Source: a virus (taxonomy: Duplodnaviria > Heunggongvirae > Uroviricota > Caudoviricetes). From it: a DNA stretch of 44,087 nt. Every line of letters begins with the position of its first letter. Position 1 is the first letter of the stretch. The translations under genes and the position numbers were made by a program. Under the pieces are notes generated by a model. That model did no database searches. It worked only from the letters and a program-made list of their open reading frames with translations, and had not been told where the DNA came from. Below are positions 39,257 through 44,087 of this stretch, piece by piece. The stretch covers positions 1 through 44,087 of the IMG/VR virus record IMGVR_UViG_2541047944_000002; one strand, written 5' to 3'.

Positions 39257-39933
39257 GCAAATACACCGAACTAATCACGAACTACCACGCCACCAAACCT
39301 AAATTTCTTGCGCATGTTGATCTGATGACCCAGCCACTTATTGATGTTGCGGCTGCCACCAGAGGGCTGATTACTGCATTTGATATTGACTCTGCGGTTG
39401 GTGTGCAACTTGACATTCTGGGATTGTGGATCGGACGTAGCCGTGTTGTCAGCCAGCCTATCTCAGGTGTCTATTTCAGCTGGGATACCGACGGGCTTGG
39501 ATATGATCAGGGGGTATGGCAGGGGCCATATGATCCTGATTCTGGATACATGTATCTCAGCGATGAAACTTATCGTGTCATTCTTAAAGCGAAGATTGCG
39601 ATTAATAACTGGGACGGACGGAATGATTCGCTTCCGGCAATTCTTGACGCGGCAACAGCAGGATCCGGGCTGCGAATGCAGATTGTCGATAACCAGGACA
39701 TGACGATATCGGTCTGGGTCTTTCCTGATACTGATATTTCAGATGTATCGCGTGAGTTAATTGCTGCAATTAAACAGGGATATCTCACAGTAAAAGCCGC
39801 CGGTGTGTGGGCAGGTGGCATTGAAACACCTTCGGTGGAAACCCCATCGGAAGGTTCAAAATTTTTTGGTTTTGATATGGATAACGAATTCATCAGTGGT
39901 TTTGATGTAGGGGCATGGGGAGTATTACTCTGA
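39253..39933 (+). CDS. Tail protein (P2 gpI / Mu gp48-like)
   Basis: Gene order directly upstream of the fibre gene. Confidence 0.5.
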   Translation: MSKYTELITNYHATKPKFLAHVDLMTQPLIDVAAATRGLITAFDIDSAVGVQLDILGLWIGRSRVVSQPISGVYFSWDTDGLGYDQGVWQGPYDPDSGYMYLSDETYRVILKAKIAINNWDGRNDSLPAILDAATAGSGLRMQIVDNQDMTISVWVFPDTDISDVSRELIAAIKQGYLTVKAAGVWAGGIETPSVETPSEGSKFFGFDMDNEFISGFDVGAWGVLL

Positions 39934-40604
39934 TGGCAAAAAATGACTTTAAAGCATTCGCAACGGGTAAAAATGCCAATGTTATGTCGCAGGAGGAATG
40001 GGAAGCGTTGCCTGCGCTTTTATCCGGATTTACAGCAGGGAAAGCATCCAGTGCGCAAGTCAATAAGGTTATTCGGCAGGCCAGCTTTATTGCTGCAGCT
40101 CTGGCCCAGTTTGTAAGTGACAAAACGCAACGGGATGTGCTTGATAATGGTGATCTGCCCGGTTTTGTTGAATTGCTGGGATCGGGGTTTGCTGTTGAAT
40201 ACCTGAGCCGCAAAAATCCGTTTGGCGATATCAAATCGGACGGCACAGTGAAAACGGCTCTCGAAAACCTTGGTTTGGGAGAAGCGGCAAAACGGAATGT
40301 GGGAACTGGGGAAAATCAGATACCTGATATGTCATCATATGCATCAGGTTCAGGCTGGCGAAAAATGCCAGATGGTTCAATTGAACAGTGGGGACGAATT
40401 AGTTTTCCTAGTGAACACGGGCCTGTATCCGCCAATGTTTCATTCCCGATTCCATTTACACAGACACCGGGCATTGTAATTGTGTGCGATGGTGGTTTCG
40501 GGGGCGGGAATATGTGGGGGGCGACTAACTGGAGCACTACCGGCTTCATAGCTCACTGCAATTATGGTCTTGAAGGTGGTGCGTTTTTCGCTAAGGGCTG
40601 GTAA
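39933..40604 (+). CDS. Tail fibre protein: constant N-terminus plus variable C-terminus (current orientation)
   Basis: Contains crossover site at 40258..40283; Gly-rich C-terminus; followed by a tail fibre assembly gene. Confidence 0.65.
   Translation: MAKNDFKAFATGKNANVMSQEEWEALPALLSGFTAGKASSAQVNKVIRQASFIAAALAQFVSDKTQRDVLDNGDLPGFVELLGSGFAVEYLSRKNPFGDIKSDGTVKTALENLGLGEAAKRNVGTGENQIPDMSSYASGSGWRKMPDGSIEQWGRISFPSEHGPVSANVSFPIPFTQTPGIVIVCDGGFGGGNMWGATNWSTTGFIAHCNYGLEGGAFFAKGW
40258..40283. other. Left 26-bp invertase crossover site (gix/pix-like) inside the fibre gene
   Basis: ctctcgaaaaccttggtttgggagaa; 20 of 26 match the reverse complement of the right site, 14 contiguous identical. Confidence 0.55.
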
Positions 40605-41047
40605 TGATGAAATATCTGTACGTAAACAACCTGGCATATCCTTACGAACTTCAGTCTCTTTATGTTGAAAAAGGTGAGTGGCCTGAAGAAAAAGGTGTTG
40701 ATATAGACGAAGTAATTTTCAGGGAATATTTCTATGATACACCACCAGAAGGAAAATACAGATGTGTCGGAGAAGATGGACTGCCTGCATGGGTAGATAT
40801 TCCTCCACCAACACGTGAAGAACAAATTGCATCAGCCGAAACTAAAAAGCAGCAATTGATTAATCAGGCCAACGAATACATCAACAGTAAACAATGGCCA
40901 GGTAAAGCATCAATTGGTCGTCTGAAAGGTGAGGAACTGGCGCAATATAATTTGTGGCTGGATTATCTGGACGCACTGGAAATGGTCGATACTTCCAGTG
41001 CGCCAGATATTGAATGGCCTACGCCTCCGGCAGTTCAGGCCAGATGA
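40604..41047 (+). CDS. Tail fibre assembly protein (Tfa / Mu U-like)
   Basis: 147-aa ORF after fibre gene; conserved C-terminal motif shared with the convergent minus-strand paralogue (DYLDALEMVDTSSAPDIEWP vs DYIDAVTATDTSTAPDVIWP). Confidence 0.65.
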   Translation: MMKYLYVNNLAYPYELQSLYVEKGEWPEEKGVDIDEVIFREYFYDTPPEGKYRCVGEDGLPAWVDIPPPTREEQIASAETKKQQLINQANEYINSKQWPGKASIGRLKGEELAQYNLWLDYLDALEMVDTSSAPDIEWPTPPAVQAR

Positions 41048-41612
41048 CATCCGGCGCGGTGCTCGTATCTGTTGCCGTCACCGCGTCAATGTAATCAAGC
41101 ACGGCGTTAAGCCGGGTGGTTTCTGCCTGAGTCAGTTTCCGTCCGGCCTGTAATTTCAGCTGAATCAGACTGATGGAAGCCATTGCAGCATCAATCAGTG
41201 ACTGGCGCTGTGCTTCTGCCGCTTCTACTGCGGCACCGTGTTGTGCCTCAGAATCTGTCACCCATTTCTCACCATCCCATTTATCATATGGCGTTAACGG
41301 TGAAAGCGTGACATAACCGTTTTTGATGGCACCGATATAATCCACTGTAACAGCAGCACCATTTTCAATTGAGTAAACAGTCTCATTGCGATGGTCTTCT
41401 TCATGGCTCCATCCCTTACCTGTAAATACTGCCACTCTTCCCGGAATGTTTTCGCCCGGGTCAATACCAGTGGAACAGGCGGGCATACTTACGCCAGTAT
41501 TAATATATTCATCAGACCAGCCCGTATACTCAGATGTTTCAGCATCATAATAAAAACAACGCATATCGCCCGGCACTGTAGCCAGCCCATTTTCATCAAA
41601 AACAGGTTTCAT
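41019..41612 (-). CDS. Alternative tail fibre assembly protein (Tfa-prime)
   Basis: Convergent paralogue of the Tfa gene within the invertible segment. Confidence 0.65.
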   Translation of the reverse strand: MKPVFDENGLATVPGDMRCFYYDAETSEYTGWSDEYINTGVSMPACSTGIDPGENIPGRVAVFTGKGWSHEEDHRNETVYSIENGAAVTVDYIGAIKNGYVTLSPLTPYDKWDGEKWVTDSEAQHGAAVEAAEAQRQSLIDAAMASISLIQLKLQAGRKLTQAETTRLNAVLDYIDAVTATDTSTAPDVIWPELPEA

Positions 41613-42109
41613 TATTTAGCCCTCACCAGAAAGTTAAATGCAATATTTCGCGGTCTGACAGCAACAAAATTCACACCATCACCCACAGAGTTACTGGTGA
41701 AATTAAATCGTGAAAATCCTGGCTGATTTCCGGCGATACCATCATGAAAGTTAATTGCGTGGCCCGCACCATCGCCTATATTCCCGGCAAACTGAGAAAA
41801 GTTTGTAGCTGCCTGCCAGCTTAATAATTCGCGACCACCGTCTGCACCTCGCCCGTCATCCCAGATACGAATGAAATCACCGCGGGCTTCAGGTAATACC
41901 AGCGAAGGAAACACTTTCGCCAGCACAGGATAATCAGTGGCAGAGAATTTCGCGCCGTTGAACTTCAAAAACACCATACTGGACCAACTGTCGATGACAG
42001 AATTTGGCATTGCAGCGGACGGCCAGAAGAACGGAACGCCAATAGCTGGAGCACCTTCTCCCAAACCAACGTTTAAGAAAATGCAGAGGTAACAGCTAAC
42101 TGGCATCAT
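41612..42109 (-). CDS. Alternative tail fibre variable C-terminal segment (promoterless in this orientation)
   Basis: Reads through the right crossover site in frame (…FLNVGLGEG…, compare …LENLGLGEA… in the expressed fibre); Gly-rich like the expressed C-terminus. Confidence 0.6.
   Translation of the reverse strand: MMPVSCYLCIFLNVGLGEGAPAIGVPFFWPSAAMPNSVIDSWSSMVFLKFNGAKFSATDYPVLAKVFPSLVLPEARGDFIRIWDDGRGADGGRELLSWQAATNFSQFAGNIGDGAGHAINFHDGIAGNQPGFSRFNFTSNSVGDGVNFVAVRPRNIAFNFLVRAK
42056..42081. other. Right 26-bp invertase crossover site (gix/pix-like)
   Basis: ttctcccaaaccaacgtttaagaaaa, imperfect dyad, resembles recalled hix/gix consensus; 55 bp upstream of the invertase gene. Confidence 0.6.
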
Positions 42110-42136
42110 CCCCGGTTTTTATTCAGGGGGATAATC

Positions 42137-42691
42137 ATGCTTATTGGCTATGTACGCGTGTCAACAAATGACCAGAACACCGATTTGCAACGTAATGCAC
42201 TGAACTGCGCGGGATGTGAGCGGATTTTTGAGGATAAAATCAGTGGCACTAAGTCCGACAGACCGGGGCTGAAAAAACTGCTCAGGACATTATCGGCAGG
42301 TGACACTCTGGTTGTCTGGAAGCTGGATCGGCTGGGGCGTAGTATGCGACATCTGGTCATTCTGGTTGAGGAGTTGCGCGAACGAGGCATCAACTTTCGT
42401 AGTCTGACTGATTCAATTGATACCAGCACACCAATGGGACGCTTTTTTTTCCATGTGATGGGTGCCCTGGCTGAAATGGAACGTGAACTGATTGTTGAAC
42501 GAACAAAAGCAGGACTGGAAGCTGCTCGCGCACAGGGACGAATTGGTGGACGACGTCCCAAACTTACACCAGAACAATGGGCACAGGCCGGACGACTAAT
42601 TGCATCAGGAGCTCCTCGCCAGAAGGTGGCGATTATCTATGATGTTGGTGTGTCAACTTTGTATAAGAGGTTTCCGGTCGGAGATAAATGA
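42137..42691 (+). CDS. pin: Serine DNA invertase, Pin/Gin/Hin/Cin family
   Basis: MLIGYVRVSTNDQNTDLQ... with catalytic Ser in the VRVS motif; C-terminal HTH; adjacent to invertible segment. Confidence 0.9.
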   Translation: MLIGYVRVSTNDQNTDLQRNALNCAGCERIFEDKISGTKSDRPGLKKLLRTLSAGDTLVVWKLDRLGRSMRHLVILVEELRERGINFRSLTDSIDTSTPMGRFFFHVMGALAEMERELIVERTKAGLEAARAQGRIGGRRPKLTPEQWAQAGRLIASGAPRQKVAIIYDVGVSTLYKRFPVGDK

Positions 42692-42989
42692 AACCGTAGC
42701 ACGTCGTATGCAAGAACGTGCCACGGCTGGCTGATGGACGTTCGATAGCGCGAGTTTGAATGAAAATCAGCCGGAGATGATTTTACATAATTGCTACGGA
42801 ATTATTCAATACAGGAATTGCTTGTGTCTGCATGGATTGACCTGAAATAGTCCCGAAAATTTCTCTAAAAAACCCGAAAAAAATGGTAACTAATTGAATG
42901 TATTAATATGTAATGGTACGTGTTAGGGATTAAAAGATGAGCATGAATTTATTTAACGCATTGATTCTAAAAATTTTGTTGCTTGTTGA

Positions 42990-43019
42990 CGAAAACAGGA
43001 ATCGTGTTCGGTCTCTTTT
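42990..43019. other. attR core (right copy of att direct repeat)
   Basis: cgaaaacaggaatcgtgttcggtctcttttt; matches 572..601 at about 27 of 30 positions. Confidence 0.5.
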
Positions 43020-43154
43020 TATCTGTTAAAAGCCAGAAGCATTCCCTTCGCTGACTTTATAGTCAACCATAACACACACTCTACTGTCTGAGTCCAGCGT
43101 TTTTTAACATTCTTGTTAAGATTATGTGATCTTTAGCGCGGGAGGAAAATATTG

Positions 43155-43811
43155 ATGAAACAGCCTGCGCCCGTTTATCAGAGAATTGCGGGTCATCAAT
43201 GGCGACATATCTGGCTTTCAGGCGATATACACGGTTGTCTTGAGCAGTTGCGCCGCAAATTATGGCATTGTCGTTTTGATCCGTGGCGAGATTTACTTAT
43301 CTCAGTGGGAGACGTTATCGATCGTGGGCCGCAAAGTTTACGTTGCCTGCAGTTACTGGAACAACATTGGGTTCGTGCGGTAAGAGGCAATCATGAACAG
43401 ATGGCGATGGATGCGCTGGCATCCCGGCAGATGTCTTTATGGTTGATAAATGGCGGCGACTGGTTTATTGCGCTGGCAGATAATCAACAGAAACAAGCGA
43501 AAACGGCGCTGGAAAAATGTCAGCATTTGCCCTTTATTCTTGAATTACACAGTCGCACCGGCAAACATGTTATTGCTCATGCCGATTATCCAGATGATGT
43601 CTATGAATGGCAAAAGGACGTCGATTTGCATCAGGTCTTGTGGAGCCGCTCGCGATTAGGTGAACGCCAAAAAGGGCAGGGAATTGCAGGTGCTGATCAT
43701 TTCTGGTTTGGTCATACACCTTTGCGCCATCGCGTGGATATTGGCAACCTGCATTATATTGATACCGGTGCTGTCTTTGGGGGAGAACTGACTCTTGTGC
43801 AATTGCAATAA
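43155..43811 (+). CDS. pphA: Host serine/threonine protein phosphatase 1 (PphA/PrpA)
   Basis: Metallophosphatase motifs (GDIHG, GDVIDRG, GNHE); sequence recalled as E. coli PphA; GGGAGG RBS. Confidence 0.85.
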   Translation: MKQPAPVYQRIAGHQWRHIWLSGDIHGCLEQLRRKLWHCRFDPWRDLLISVGDVIDRGPQSLRCLQLLEQHWVRAVRGNHEQMAMDALASRQMSLWLINGGDWFIALADNQQKQAKTALEKCQHLPFILELHSRTGKHVIAHADYPDDVYEWQKDVDLHQVLWSRSRLGERQKGQGIAGADHFWFGHTPLRHRVDIGNLHYIDTGAVFGGELTLVQLQ

Positions 43812-44087
43812 TTAAAAATCACCGTATTCCTGTGCAGGTCGCCAGAAACCATCTATAAAATCCTCAATCGGAAAACAACCGCCATGGCGGATCCGTTGAT
43901 CGCTCATAGAATAAAGACACTGCTGTTCCGTGTTGTAGACATCCACAACAATATCTTCACAACCGCCATCCAGGTAGCAAACAAAAAGTACCAGCGCGAA
44001 CATTTCATCCCCGAAGTGTGGTGCCGTACCGTTAAGTTTAGGAGAGATTTTACAACGGGGGAATAACCAGGACAAATAACCCGCCAT
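43812..44087 (-). CDS. Host hypothetical protein (YebW-like by position); may be cut by window end
   Basis: ORF convergent with pphA; its ATG is the last three bases of the window, so the N-terminus may be incomplete. Name by K-12 synteny only. Confidence 0.35.
   Translation of the reverse strand: MAGYLSWLFPRCKISPKLNGTAPHFGDEMFALVLFVCYLDGGCEDIVVDVYNTEQQCLYSMSDQRIRHGGCFPIEDFIDGFWRPAQEYGDF

Larger units (their letters stand above)
572..43019. mobile_element. Integrated temperate prophage (~42.4 kb): lambdoid Rac-like early region plus Mu-like head/tail module
   Basis: Integrase at the left end, invertase at the right end, full complement of phage genes between, flanked by a near-identical direct repeat and by host genes yebY and pphA. 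Confidence 0.85.

Noticed and set aside
1-44087. CRISPR arrays, IS elements or transposases
   Set aside because: No regularly spaced direct repeats with unique spacers and no transposase-like ORF or terminal inverted repeats; the only recombinases are the integrase and the invertase.

Overview
The window is almost entirely one ~42.4-kb temperate prophage inserted between two E. coli host genes, yebY (1..342) and pphA (43155..43811). It is bounded by a near-identical ~30-bp direct repeat (572..601 and 42990..43019) lying in a terminator-like hairpin, which I read as attL and attR. All gene names below are recalled from memory of Rac, DLP12, lambda and Mu; none was checked against a database. 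The left half is a Rac-like lambdoid early region: int, xis, a ydaC-like gene, the Lar/RalR anti-restriction gene, a recT/recE recombination pair, racC/ydaE/kilR-like genes, divergent repressor and Cro-like genes with operator palindromes, ydaT, an O-like initiator with in-gene iterons, and a DnaC-like loader. Next come a block of unknown genes joined by a thrice-repeated ~20-bp junction motif, a hok/mok/sok-type toxin-antitoxin locus, ybcN/ybcO-like genes, antiterminator Q with a late promoter and terminator, and a lambda-type lysis cassette. The right half is a Mu-like structural module: terminase, portal, head genes, contractile tail with a -1 frameshifted chaperone, and baseplate. It ends in a G-segment-like invertible tail-fibre cassette with two 26-bp crossover sites and a Pin/Gin-family invertase. 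No tRNA, rRNA, CRISPR array or IS element was found. The best candidates for undescribed biology are the unknown-gene block with its repeated junction motif, a promoter- and terminator-equipped two-gene insertion inside the baseplate cluster, and single cargo genes at the sieB-equivalent and Q-to-holin positions.
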